NCBI GenBank assembly: GCA_963663385.2
Contig: CAXXXD010000002.1
Location: 1,152,001-1,216,000 of the forward strand
Direction: 5' to 3'
Origin: Oceanispirochaeta sp.
GTDB lineage: Bacteria; Spirochaetota; Spirochaetia; DSM-2461
Length of the DNA: 64,000 bases
Under the pieces are notes generated by a model that worked only from the letters and a program-made list of their open reading frames with translations, searched no databases and was not told the origin of the DNA. Positions 1 to 9,854 of the stretch are shown in pieces. Both the position numbers and the translations under genes were made by a program. The first letter of the stretch is position 1. Each line of letters opens with the position of its first letter.

Positions 1-556
1 AAACAGGAGTATCGATCTGGTAGCAGCAGGCCCCGATGGCCGGGCCGCACAATCCCAGTATGTTTTCGGTTTTACAATCCAGTTCGTGTATCATCCGGGA
101 AAGGGTGGCCGGGACAATCCCGCCCGCACAGCCCCTCCAGCCGGCGTGTATTACCGCGGCCGCCTTTTTTTGAGTGTCGTATAAAACGACGGGCAGACAG
201 TCTGCCGTGAAGATGACAGGAACCAGGGATGATTCCCTCGTTATCAGGGCATCGGTTCCGGGAAAACACTCTTTCTGTTCAAATGCTCCCCGGCCCCTGT
301 CCTTTTCCAGTACAATCCTGCTCCCGATTCCATGGATCTGCTCTCCGGCGGTAAAAGCGTCTGCCTCCCTTTCCAGGGCTTCCATCAGATATTTGCGGTT
401 TCCGAGAACCGTATCACTCTCTCCAGGTGTATGGAGGGCCAGATTGAAAGGTCTGCCGGCCCTATTCGACCGACAGGTCGTCCCCGCGGTAATCCCGTAT
501 TTTTCAGCCAGTTCCCAGGTATACCAGGTCAGGCCGTTTTTCTCTTTTTTAATCAT
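1..556 (-). CDS. pgeF: Peptidoglycan editing factor PgeF/YfiH (laccase-domain purine nucleoside phosphorylase family), truncated by window edge
   Basis: Not in the ORF track; manual translation from ATG 556 gives MIKKEKNGLTWY...EQIHG...DALIT...FTADCLPV...IHAGWRG...GPAIGACCY, the YfiH signature motifs. Confidence 0.92.
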   Translation of the reverse strand, partial: MIKKEKNGLTWYTWELAEKYGITAGTTCRSNRAGRPFNLALHTPGESDTVLGNRKYLMEALEREADAFTAGEQIHGIGSRIVLEKDRGRGAFEQKECFPGTDALITRESSLVPVIFTADCLPVVLYDTQKKAAAVIHAGWRGCAGGIVPATLSRMIHELDCKTENILGLCGPAIGACCYQIDTPV

Positions 557-562
557 ATCCCG

Positions 563-644
563 ATCTTAGTGCAGCCGGGCAGGGAGTTCAAGGGGAAATC
601 CCACCGGGATTCCTGTTGAAAGGGGGAGAGAAAAGGTATAGGCT
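563..644. promoter_or_regulatory. Divergent sigma70-type promoter pair, each -10 box 6 nt before an ATG
   Basis: Minus strand: TTGAAC(591-586)-17-TAAGAT(568-563)-6-ATG556. Plus strand: TTGAAA(616-621)-17-TAGGCT(639-644)-6-ATG651. Confidence 0.65.
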
Positions 645-650
645 GGGACA

Positions 651-2366
651 ATGCTGAAGCGATTTACGGCCTATTACAAGCCACATATGAAACTCTTTAT
701 TCTGGATATGGTCATAGCGGTTCTCTCATCCGCCCTTTCCATATTTTTCCCCATGATTACTCACCGTTTACTGAGTATCTACCTGCCTGATTCAAACGGC
801 AGGGCGGTACTGTTTTCCCTGATTCTTATTTTTCTTATTTACATTGTTATTTCCGTATTCAATTATATCAGGATCAAATGGGGGCATATCCTCGGGGTAA
901 GGATGGAGTATGATATGCGGAGTGATCTATTCAGACACCTGCAGAAACTCTCTTTCTCCTGGTATGACAATACTAAAACAGGGCATATCATGTCCAGAAT
1001 CACGGGAGACCTGGAGAATATCGCCGAGATCGGTCACCATGCTCCCGAAGACCTTCTGATCTCTCTTTGTGTGATCCTGGGTGCCTACGGGTTTATGTTT
1101 ATCCTGAACCCTCTACTGGCTCTGATTTCACTTGTTCCGCTTCCCCTTATGCTGTTGTGGGGTATCCGTCAGGGCAGCCATTTGAAGAATCAGTTCCGGA
1201 AGGTCCGTTCCCGTATTGCGGATATCAATGCGACAGTGGAAAACACTGTTCAGGGAATCCGGGAAGTAAAATCCTATGCCAATGAATCCTGGGAAATCCG
1301 TAAGTTCAAAGAAACAAACGACCATTTCCGTACAGCCAAGGAAAACGCCTATGCGAAGATGGGGAAATTTTATTCCATAGTCAACTACCTCCGCGAGATG
1401 TACTATTTTGTTGTCGTTGCAGGGGGAGTATACCTTATAGGGGCGGAAAAGCTGGCAATTGCCGATCTGGTAGCGTTTCTGCTCTATGTCGGAATTATCC
1501 TGCCTCCCATAGACCGACTGATCAATTTTGTAGAGCAGTACTCTCAGGGTGCCGCAGCCTTTGAACGTTTTACGGATATTATGGATATCGAACCGGATAT
1601 TCAGGACCGGAGGGACGCGGTATACCCTTCCGCCCCGAAAGGAAGAGTGGAAATACAGAATGTGTATTTTAAATATGAATCCTCATCGGCGGATGTTCTC
1701 AAAGGGGTTACCCTGACTATAGAAGCCGGTGAAATGGCGGCTCTTGTGGGCGAGTCGGGAGCCGGTAAATCTTCCCTTGTTTCACTCCTTCCCCGGTTCT
1801 ATGAACCCCGGTCGGGGAAAATCCTGATTGACGGGTACGATGTTTCTGATGTCAGACAGAAGTGGCTGCGGGAGAATATCGGTCTTGTGCAGCAGAATGT
1901 CTTTCTTTTTGACACCACCATCCGGGAGAATATCAGCTACGGGAGACCGGATGCTGATGACAGAATGATCAGGCAGGCTGCTGAAGCCGCCTATATCTGG
2001 GACTTTATCTGTACCCTGCCTGACGGGCTGGATACACTGGTGGGAGAGCGCGGGGTCAAGCTGTCGGGCGGACAGAAGCAGAGGATTGCCATTGCCAGGG
2101 TATTTCTTAAAAATCCTCCGATTCTTATTTTTGATGAAGCCACGTCCTCCCTGGATAGTGAATCCGAAGCGTACATACAGCAGTCCATGAAGGAGCTCTG
2201 TAAAGGGCGGACTTCCATTGTCATTGCCCACCGCCTTTCCACCGTTAATGAGGCGCATAAACTTTTTGTTATGAAAGACGGTGCTGTCATTGAAGAGGGT
2301 GATCATGCCGCTCTTCTCGCGAAAGACGGGTATTATGCCTCCCTCTATAAAAGGACGCTGATTTAG
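651..2366 (+). CDS. ABC transporter, fused permease/ATP-binding (MdlB/MsbA-type exporter)
   Basis: N-terminal TM helices; Walker A GESGAGKS, signature LSGGQKQR, Walker B ILIFDEATS. Confidence 0.95.
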   Translation: MLKRFTAYYKPHMKLFILDMVIAVLSSALSIFFPMITHRLLSIYLPDSNGRAVLFSLILIFLIYIVISVFNYIRIKWGHILGVRMEYDMRSDLFRHLQKLSFSWYDNTKTGHIMSRITGDLENIAEIGHHAPEDLLISLCVILGAYGFMFILNPLLALISLVPLPLMLLWGIRQGSHLKNQFRKVRSRIADINATVENTVQGIREVKSYANESWEIRKFKETNDHFRTAKENAYAKMGKFYSIVNYLREMYYFVVVAGGVYLIGAEKLAIADLVAFLLYVGIILPPIDRLINFVEQYSQGAAAFERFTDIMDIEPDIQDRRDAVYPSAPKGRVEIQNVYFKYESSSADVLKGVTLTIEAGEMAALVGESGAGKSSLVSLLPRFYEPRSGKILIDGYDVSDVRQKWLRENIGLVQQNVFLFDTTIRENISYGRPDADDRMIRQAAEAAYIWDFICTLPDGLDTLVGERGVKLSGGQKQRIAIARVFLKNPPILIFDEATSSLDSESEAYIQQSMKELCKGRTSIVIAHRLSTVNEAHKLFVMKDGAVIEEGDHAALLAKDGYYASLYKRTLI

Positions 2367-3080
2367 CTATTCCGTATAGTACCAGTAGGACTTTCCCGCT
2401 TCCGGTTTCACTCGGGAGACGGGGTATTCCGCTGTTTTATGAAAAAGGGATTTTCCCTTCAGTACACTATTCATTATTTCCTTTTTTTCTTTTCCACGGA
2501 TAAGGTAGATAAGGTTGGAACAGCGGTTAAGGGCGGGACAGGTCATGGTAATCCTTCGAATCTGCGGATCCAGAGGCGCGGGAGATTCCGTCGCCAGAAC
2601 ACATTTCCTCTTCTCATTCAGTTCGGGGTATCCCGGAAACAGGGAAGCCGTATGCCCGTCGGGTCCCATCCCCAGAAGGACCAGGTCAAACCAGCGGTTT
2701 GTTTCCAGATAATTCCTGACTCTCCTGTTGTAAAGTTCGGCGCCCTCCCCGGGAGAAAGGCTCTGGTCTATTGTATAGATCTGTTCCGGTCTGTGAGGGA
2801 TACGTGAGAGAAAACTCTCCTTTACCATCCTGAAATTACTGTCCCTGTGGTCTTCGGGAACACAACGGTCATCTCCCAGGAAATAATCTATATTTTCCCA
2901 ATGGAAATCCCTGTATTTATCTGCCAGGTAGGCATATACTCCGGATGGCGTACTGCCTCCGCTCAGAACAAGAGATGAACGCTTCTTATGAAGAAGCGAG
3001 GCTTTCAGTATGGTATGAATATGTTCACCTGCCTGGCGGCAGAAATCATCATAATTATCAAAAATCAGGGCACCGGCCAT
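2367..3080 (-). CDS. pgl: 6-phosphogluconolactonase
   Basis: LSGGSTP, GDDRCVP..H.DSN, LGMGPDGHTASLFP, RITMT motifs. Confidence 0.93.
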   Translation of the reverse strand: MAGALIFDNYDDFCRQAGEHIHTILKASLLHKKRSSLVLSGGSTPSGVYAYLADKYRDFHWENIDYFLGDDRCVPEDHRDSNFRMVKESFLSRIPHRPEQIYTIDQSLSPGEGAELYNRRVRNYLETNRWFDLVLLGMGPDGHTASLFPGYPELNEKRKCVLATESPAPLDPQIRRITMTCPALNRCSNLIYLIRGKEKKEIMNSVLKGKSLFHKTAEYPVSRVKPEAGKSYWYYTE

Positions 3081-3134
3081 GGGGAGCCTCCTTTTCGGGG
3101 TATTTACGGATAGAAGCTGCTGTTATTATTATTT

Positions 3135-3719
3135 CTACAGCGGGTTCTCCAGAACATCTTTCTTTTCGTTTTCCCTTATCAGATCCTTTTTCTGAATCAG
3201 GCTTTCGAGAATTCGAGCGCTTCTGGACCAGTAGACAGGGAGCATTGGCTGTTCCTCCTGTGAAAAAGGGGCCAGAACCCATCGTGAGACATCTCCGTGG
3301 GGCGGCCGAGATATACCGAGGCGAAGGCGGTAGAAATCTCCTGTTCCCAGTTGCTGTCTGATCGAACGCAGGCCATTGTGCCCTCCCAGACCTCCGCCTT
3401 TTCTGAATTGAACGGTCCCGAAGGGGAGTTCCAGTTCGTCATGGATCACCAGAATTTCATGTGTTTCAACTTTGAAAAACGAAACAGCCCTGACAACAGA
3501 GTCCCCGCTCCTGTTCATAAATGTCCCCGGTTTCAGAAGCCGGACGACCTGTCCCGGCAGGCCGTAATCACACCATTTTCCGTTGAATTTTTCCTTCCAC
3601 TGGACAAGTTCTATACCCGGCAGGGCTTTCAGGCAGAGCCAGGAGGCATTGTGTCTGGTTTGTTCGTATTTATTTCCCGGATTTCCCAGGAATACGATCA
3701 GTTTGAAATTATTCTTCAC
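3135..3719 (-). CDS. pth: Peptidyl-tRNA hydrolase
   Basis: LGNPG..Y..TRHN, KP.TFMNRSG, HDELELPFG, GGHNGLRSI. Confidence 0.96.
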   Translation of the reverse strand: MKNNFKLIVFLGNPGNKYEQTRHNASWLCLKALPGIELVQWKEKFNGKWCDYGLPGQVVRLLKPGTFMNRSGDSVVRAVSFFKVETHEILVIHDELELPFGTVQFRKGGGLGGHNGLRSIRQQLGTGDFYRLRLGISRPPHGDVSRWVLAPFSQEEQPMLPVYWSRSARILESLIQKKDLIRENEKKDVLENPL

Positions 3720-5589
3720 TTTTTATATACTCCCTGTCATCCATGGGGATCCCGAAAAAATCAAACACAATTCTGTTTATTTCAGGCTTGATATCCTGCC
3801 GGTTTTCTCCCGATTTTACAAGACTTCGAATCTCTCTTCTCTGTATTTCATCCCATTCGGGAAGAGGCAGAGTTTCAAGATGATTCCTTAATAGCTTGAG
3901 CGCGCGATACTGCTTGCGCCAGAGAAACCGGAAAAGATCCGAATTGTACCATAGCGCCAGCTCTTCCAGGTCTGAAATCTCCGGCGGAATAAGGCAGTTG
4001 GCCGAGTTAAGTGTCATGATTCCCCTGCGATCAATGGCAAAGGCCGGTTTGGTTCCGATAAAGGTATAAACCAGTTTTTCTGATTTATAATCATCAGGGG
4101 AACGGCTCTGCTGCCATTGGCCCGCATCTGTTCTTATAAAGAGTCGGGGAGGCAGGGCGGCAAAGGGCCGGATTTCTCTTCCGGTCAGCACAGGCAGACG
4201 GGATTTTTTCATTTTCCCGCTCAGAAAATGGCGGTTGTCTCCTGTAACTGTTCCCAGTACCCATTTGCAGTCTGAGGACAGTTTTCTGACTTTTCCTTCG
4301 TATATCCTTTCAAGAATCCCATCATCCCTGTGAGAACAGTGTATATTGAAGATTGAATCCGGGTTGGCTTTGTATCTTTTCAGAGAATGTTTTTCCTGTC
4401 TGGAAAAATCGCCTTTTCGGTTAATCCGTACAGCCGTTTTCCGCTGCTTCCCTCCTTTTTGTATATCCATCTGTACAACAGTAGTATAAACCCCGCGGAA
4501 CATCCTCCCGTGGTGAAGAATTTTCAGAGGAGGCGCCGTTTTCAGGAGGTGGCGGCGGATATCCCTATGGGTTTTCACATACAGGAGGGATTCGGGAAGG
4601 AGAAAAGATGCCCGGCTCTCCTCCGGCAGTTCCTCAATTGCTTTCGCCATGAAGAGAGATGATGATTCTCCCGACTGTATGAGGGGGTATTTTTTTTTCA
4701 GCAGATCTTTTTCACTCTGTGAAAAATGGGCTCCCCAGGGCGGATTTGTGGCAATCAGAGAAGGGGTCTCTATCTGCCAGCTCTCAGTCAGAAGGGCATC
4801 GGACTGTCGGATGTGGTCCAGGGATTCTACCCCGGGAAAACGAAGAAAAAGGTTCACCTTCGCCAGGAATACCGCAATCGGATCTTTGTCGACTCCCCCT
4901 GCCTGTTCAGGGCGGCCGGACATCTGTGCAAATGTGCAAAGAAACATACCCGATCCGCAGCAGGGGTCCAGGAATGAAGTATATCCTGAAATCTTCCGGT
5001 AAGGGGAAAGCATCTTCCTGATAATCGGAAGGGGAGTGTAGTAAGCCCCCTGCCGGATCTTGTTTCCCTCCTGTCTGAGGGCCTGATAGACCATCCCGGG
5101 CAGATCGGCTTCCTTTATCAGAGACGCTGAAATAAGATTTCTGTTGTAAAAAAGCTCCCGGATTCTATCATCCACTGCTATCTCATCAAGTTCTTTGTAA
5201 AATTCGCTTATTGTTTTATATAGAACGGAACCCTTTTCTGCTCCCTCCATGATCCGGTCAAGGCTGATATCCCCCTTTTCGGGGCAGAGGATAAATCCCC
5301 TCTTCCTGAGAAGAAGGAGTACAAAAAGAAAAACGGTCTGTATAATGCTCAGGTCTGTCTGTACAAGGCTCTGTATCAGTACGGAAAAGGGGAGCCTGTT
5401 CCTTTTGTACAGAAAAAGCTCTGAGGGAATGATCTGCCGGGTTGAGTCTTTCTTGTTTGCCCGGGATGTCAGCTTTTTTCTGTTAGGATCTGTTTTAAAG
5501 GTCTCCAGGTTTTGATTTTCCCTTTTTAACCAGTTTTTGAGAGTATGGGGGGAGATATTCAGCTCTTCTGCAGTTTTTCTAATGGACAT
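3709..5589 (-). CDS. N6-adenine DNA methyltransferase (gamma class, TaqI-like C-terminal specificity domain) with N-terminal HTH; no adjacent endonuclease
   Basis: GAYYTP, motif I FLDPCCGSG, motif IV TNPPW; N-terminal AEELNISPHTLKNW HTH. Confidence 0.85.
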   Translation of the reverse strand: MSIRKTAEELNISPHTLKNWLKRENQNLETFKTDPNRKKLTSRANKKDSTRQIIPSELFLYKRNRLPFSVLIQSLVQTDLSIIQTVFLFVLLLLRKRGFILCPEKGDISLDRIMEGAEKGSVLYKTISEFYKELDEIAVDDRIRELFYNRNLISASLIKEADLPGMVYQALRQEGNKIRQGAYYTPLPIIRKMLSPYRKISGYTSFLDPCCGSGMFLCTFAQMSGRPEQAGGVDKDPIAVFLAKVNLFLRFPGVESLDHIRQSDALLTESWQIETPSLIATNPPWGAHFSQSEKDLLKKKYPLIQSGESSSLFMAKAIEELPEESRASFLLPESLLYVKTHRDIRRHLLKTAPPLKILHHGRMFRGVYTTVVQMDIQKGGKQRKTAVRINRKGDFSRQEKHSLKRYKANPDSIFNIHCSHRDDGILERIYEGKVRKLSSDCKWVLGTVTGDNRHFLSGKMKKSRLPVLTGREIRPFAALPPRLFIRTDAGQWQQSRSPDDYKSEKLVYTFIGTKPAFAIDRRGIMTLNSANCLIPPEISDLEELALWYNSDLFRFLWRKQYRALKLLRNHLETLPLPEWDEIQRREIRSLVKSGENRQDIKPEINRIVFDFFGIPMDDREYIKSEE

Positions 5590-5673
5590 TTGTTCTCTAT
5601 TACCCGGCTTTAGCTATTCAGATTCACAGGAATATGGTATTATATCCTTCACTGTATATAAAAGGCAATTACG

Positions 5674-6888
5674 ATGACAAATATCGATTCATATAGAATC
5701 CTGGAACAGGTGGTTTCGTCAGAAAAAAGCAAGTATCTGACCTGCAAGGCAGAAAAAAACGGGACCCCCCCCGATTCCGGTTCTTTTACCCTTTTCCCTT
5801 CCGGAAAAGGTGTCCAGCTGAAAAAAAAGTTACCCCTGGAGGACAGCCCCTTTTTCCGATTGGAGTTGAAAGGACTGTCTGCATCGGACATCAGGAAGGG
5901 AGCCTTTCTTGTTCCCTCCTCCTATGGCGCCGTGGAAGGAAAAAAAGCTCTGGTTGTCTGGAAAGGTACTCCGCCGGACAGCAGGGGGTATGATCTGAAG
6001 ATCCGGGATCTTCCTTCCTATACTATTAACAGCCGTGTAAGTTCCAGTAAAAAAGAGCGGGTCAGCCAGATCAGCGGAAGAGAACCCTTCCTGCAGCTGC
6101 CCGGGCGCATCTACCGGTTGGAACTGGAGGGGCAGGGCAGTGAATGTGTTCTTCTCATGGCGGAACCGTTCACCCCCGATCAGGCGAAACAGATGATAAA
6201 GAGGGTAAACAAATTCGGGAATTTCCCCGGTTCCGGCAGTATCTATTCCATGAACCTCAGAGTGAGGGGGTATGTCTATATCCCGGAGGAAGAAAAGGAT
6301 CTCTCCTTTGACGGGGCTTTCCGGAAGGGAAACTGGTATATCATGTCCCGTCTCTGTGATAAATGGACCGGTACCATTGAAAAAAGGGCCCGCAGCGAAG
6401 CCGGGATAAAGGAGTCCGGGTTAGGTGAACTTCTGGACTGCCCGGTTCCTCTGGTTCAGGTCATTGTTGACGGGCTTATTGAAAAAGGGCGGATTTTCCG
6501 TAACCGGGGGTACCTGATAAATGCTTCAGATTCATCAGAACAGTTTTTGTCACCCATGACAAGAGCATTCTGGGAGGACTTGAAACTGGCAGGAACAGAA
6601 GGAATAGGCAGCAGGGAAATCGCAGCGTCAGGCCGGAGTGATCTGCCGGAAATCCTGCAGAGGAGGGGACTGGCCAGGATGCTGGATACCCTGCTTCTCA
6701 GTGAGGTGGCTTATGGTTCTCTGGTTGATCAGATTCTGTCTCTTCTGCCGAAAGACCGGTCCTTTGACCTGTCAGACCTGACAACGGTCAGTGATCTGAG
6801 CCGCAGCCGTCTGATTCAGATTCTGGATGAAATGGAGAAGGACGGTGTGATTCGTCCCTGCGGGGATAACAGGAGGGAGTTGGTATGA
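5674..6888 (+). CDS. SelB-like protein (beta-barrel domains plus C-terminal winged helices) lacking the GTPase domain
   Basis: RLELKGLSASDIRKGAFLV resembles EF-Tu/SelB domain II; C-terminal LSRSRLIQILDEMEKDGVIRPCGDNRR resembles SelB WH4; no P-loop. Confidence 0.55.
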   Translation: MTNIDSYRILEQVVSSEKSKYLTCKAEKNGTPPDSGSFTLFPSGKGVQLKKKLPLEDSPFFRLELKGLSASDIRKGAFLVPSSYGAVEGKKALVVWKGTPPDSRGYDLKIRDLPSYTINSRVSSSKKERVSQISGREPFLQLPGRIYRLELEGQGSECVLLMAEPFTPDQAKQMIKRVNKFGNFPGSGSIYSMNLRVRGYVYIPEEEKDLSFDGAFRKGNWYIMSRLCDKWTGTIEKRARSEAGIKESGLGELLDCPVPLVQVIVDGLIEKGRIFRNRGYLINASDSSEQFLSPMTRAFWEDLKLAGTEGIGSREIAASGRSDLPEILQRRGLARMLDTLLLSEVAYGSLVDQILSLLPKDRSFDLSDLTTVSDLSRSRLIQILDEMEKDGVIRPCGDNRRELV

Positions 6889-7556
6889 AAAAAGGCTTCC
6901 TCTGTCCATTCCTGCTGATCCCGCTGCTCTACGCCTGCTCCGGCAGCCCCCCCGGAATTGTCAATACCGACTGGATGGTGGTTTATACCCAGGATCGGGT
7001 TCTGGATACGGTTTATCAGGAGCTGAATTTCTTTGTTCAGATTCAGGATAATGACGGCTTTAATGATATAACCGAGATCTATCTGATTCGGGATGATCTG
7101 AACTGGTCCTGGAAAATCGACTCCTCCAACTGGATAAGTTACGAACAGGACGGGGAATGCTGGATCGGTGCAAACGGTCTGACCCTGGGACGGGGAGAGG
7201 ATCTGCCCGAGGGGAACTATCGTCTTCTTGTAATAGACAGGAGCGGTCAGCGGGATGAACTGGGAGTGAGTATCCGTCAGCCCGACCCGAATTCCGTAGC
7301 CCTGGATTTTGCCGGAATCTCACAGGATAACAGCTTTATTACAATCGACTCTCAGCTGCCTTCTCTTGTTCTGTGGTTTTATGACAGCCAGGCTAATCTG
7401 GTAAACGAAAAATATACCAAACCGGGAACCTATCATGTTTCCGAGTTTCTTAATACGAAGGAGCGTGATCAGGTTACCTGGTTTTATGCCTATTATCAGA
7501 ATGAGGAAAACGGGTATGGCTTAAAATCCGGTCCATATTTATTTGAAGGGCCGTGA
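6885..7556 (+). CDS. Hypothetical lipoprotein
   Basis: MKK plus hydrophobic stretch plus LYAC lipobox; ATGA overlap with upstream gene. Confidence 0.75.
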   Translation: MKKGFLCPFLLIPLLYACSGSPPGIVNTDWMVVYTQDRVLDTVYQELNFFVQIQDNDGFNDITEIYLIRDDLNWSWKIDSSNWISYEQDGECWIGANGLTLGRGEDLPEGNYRLLVIDRSGQRDELGVSIRQPDPNSVALDFAGISQDNSFITIDSQLPSLVLWFYDSQANLVNEKYTKPGTYHVSEFLNTKERDQVTWFYAYYQNEENGYGLKSGPYLFEGP

Positions 7557-7590
7557 GGCCGCAATCGCCGCGTTTATCCGTTCATCCCCG

Positions 7591-8835
7591 TTAACGGGGG
7601 TCTTTTCTATCGTTTTTTGATGTGGTGTTTTCTTCCTGATCAAACCAGGATTCATTGCCGTAGAGTTCTTCGTAGCACTTGGGACAGAGGCTGTGGGACA
7701 GGGAGGCTTCAGTGTGCGCTTCCAGGTACTCTTCTATCTGGTTCCAGTAGCCCTTATCATCCCGGATATTCTTGCAGTGGGAACAGATAGGCAGCAGGCC
7801 CGAAAGGGATTTTAAATTTTCCAGGGCTTCCTTGAGTTCTTCTTCTGTTTTTTTACGGGTTTCAATCTCCCTTGCCAGGCGACGGTTCCATCGGAGGATT
7901 ATGGTGATAATAAGGGAGGCAATAAGCGTCAGAATAAGAATAACCCGGAGAACATCCCAAGTTTTAACACCATGTTCGTAGCGGATGGAGAGCCACTGGT
8001 TCCGGATGGCGGAATGCTGTGCCGGGGTTATGGCGCCCAGAGTTTTATTGATAATCGAGACCAGTTCCGGCCAGTCGCTGCGAACGGCAATGTAAAGGTC
8101 GTAATTATTATACTCTGTGGGAGCCGCTACCTTGAGATTGGATAGACCCTGTTCCCGGATCTGGTAGCTGCAGGATGCCAGGTTTCCGATATAGGCATCG
8201 GCTGAACCGACAGAGACAGTTTCCAATGCATCCAGGGGGCTGCTGCACTGAACGGGAATAATCTCTATATTGTCCCTTTTCAGCCAGTCGGATACAACCG
8301 TTTTTGTTACTACAGCAACTTTTTCATTAGTCAGATCTTCCAGTCCGCCGATAAAGGGATAGTCATCCCGGGTGACAATAACCATGGGGAAGGAGAGGTG
8401 GGGATCTGTAAATAACAGATACTCTTCCCTCTCGGGGCTTTTGGCAGAACAGGCAAGCACATCCAGTTTCTTATTCCGGATTTTATCCAGTACATCCGGC
8501 CAGAGAAGACCGGAGACTATTTCAACTTCAATTCCCAGATTTTCAAACAGGATCTTTATATAATCGGAGGCTATCCCCTGTGGGGTGCCGTCTTCAGTAT
8601 AAGAGTGAAAAGGAGGAAAGCTTTTGGGACCGCTTACGCGGATTGTTCTGTGCTCTTCTATCCACCGGATTTCTTCGCCGGACAGGCCTGGAGTCAGTTG
8701 GTAGAAGGAGGTCGACTCGGGTATATCATCAGCCTGTCTCGAGACAGACCATGCCGGTAAAATTATAAGGAAAAAGTAAATAAGGAAAACTGCTTTACCA
8801 ATAACCGTACCGGGTTTTCTGTTCATACCAAACAA
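7591..8835 (-). CDS. Membrane sensor: periplasmic SBP family-3 domain, TM helix, C-terminal Cys/His-rich (CxxC...HxxCxxC) domain; exact start uncertain
   Basis: FPPF...GIASDY, SPEREEYLLFTDP, ALETVSVGSADAYIG; TM then LLPICSHCKNIRDDKGYW...SHSLCPKC. Confidence 0.8.
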   Translation of the reverse strand: MFGMNRKPGTVIGKAVFLIYFFLIILPAWSVSRQADDIPESTSFYQLTPGLSGEEIRWIEEHRTIRVSGPKSFPPFHSYTEDGTPQGIASDYIKILFENLGIEVEIVSGLLWPDVLDKIRNKKLDVLACSAKSPEREEYLLFTDPHLSFPMVIVTRDDYPFIGGLEDLTNEKVAVVTKTVVSDWLKRDNIEIIPVQCSSPLDALETVSVGSADAYIGNLASCSYQIREQGLSNLKVAAPTEYNNYDLYIAVRSDWPELVSIINKTLGAITPAQHSAIRNQWLSIRYEHGVKTWDVLRVILILTLIASLIITIILRWNRRLAREIETRKKTEEELKEALENLKSLSGLLPICSHCKNIRDDKGYWNQIEEYLEAHTEASLSHSLCPKCYEELYGNESWFDQEENTTSKNDRKDPR

Positions 8836-8912
8836 CCGTATATAAATGAATTATAAGCCGGGTACAATTGAAACGCAATATTTTTAAAAGGTGCTGGATC
8901 CCTTTAACAGGG

Positions 8913-9845
8913 CTATTCCTTTCTGGTTTTACCGGTGCTGTTCAGTTTCTCTTTTATCCATTTCCGGGGATTTTCCAGAAAACTGGTGCCGTGTTTGCGG
9001 GAAAAAGCAGCCGCAGCGGCTTCCATGGGATACTCCTGACCGTATTTGTCCTTTAACTCGTGCCAGTGTTTTACAATCCAGATATACAGGTCCGCCTCTG
9101 TTCTTCCGGGAAAACGGGAAAGCAGATTCGCTGTCCGGATAGTTTTAACAATGGGCTGATAGAGGTTGTCCTTCCAGGACCGGGCGGCCATCGCCAGAGG
9201 AATCTCTTCTTCCTGATCCATATTGATAAAGTACTTATGTCCCAGGATATGACGGAGCATCTCTTCATAACGGCCGGGAGCTGTAAATTCAATTCCTGCT
9301 TCCTCTATCAGGGAAGCCAGTTCCGGCTGAGATACAATAATCCTCTCTTTTTCATAGCTGATAACAGCCGCTACCAGTTCAAGACGGGTCATCTGGGGCG
9401 TTATTTGTATTGAAGTTGTCAGCTCTGTCACTTCTGCGTCAATGGAGTAAACTCCCTGGGCTTTAGCAACGGAGACCCTATGGTTTCCATCCCGAACAAA
9501 ATAGACCTGGCCGATTTTGTAGAGTTTTATGGGCGGGAGGATCACATCTGTTCTATAAGCTTTATCGACGCTTTCCCACCGTTTTCTCAAATGTTCCTTT
9601 TTCGGCAGAAAGGCTTTATTGAAATCGTTATACCGCCCTTCGCTTCCCGCAATATCGTCAATTTTAACTACCTGCATACCCTTATAGCTTTCAGAGCGGG
9701 TTTTGATCAGGGATTTGACATCATAGAAGGAAAGAAGTTCTCTTTTTTCCGGTCTGAGAATATTTATGATTGTATTGAACAGGGCTCTGCTTTTGGCTTT
9801 GTTAAAATCTGAGCTGGCTGTCGAATCCATTGAACTTTTATCCAT
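8913..9845 (-). CDS. ParB/Srx-like N-terminal domain protein (DUF4032-like C-terminus)
   Basis: LPPIKLYKIGQVYFVRDGNHRVSVA; FPGRTEADLYIW. Confidence 0.7.
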   Translation of the reverse strand: MDKSSMDSTASSDFNKAKSRALFNTIINILRPEKRELLSFYDVKSLIKTRSESYKGMQVVKIDDIAGSEGRYNDFNKAFLPKKEHLRKRWESVDKAYRTDVILPPIKLYKIGQVYFVRDGNHRVSVAKAQGVYSIDAEVTELTTSIQITPQMTRLELVAAVISYEKERIIVSQPELASLIEEAGIEFTAPGRYEEMLRHILGHKYFINMDQEEEIPLAMAARSWKDNLYQPIVKTIRTANLLSRFPGRTEADLYIWIVKHWHELKDKYGQEYPMEAAAAAFSRKHGTSFLENPRKWIKEKLNSTGKTRKE

Positions 9846-9854
9846 TACAGTTCC

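Noticed and set aside
5674..6888. Functional selenocysteine machinery
   Set aside because: No G domain, tRNA-Sec, selA/selD or UGA-readthrough gene evident in the window
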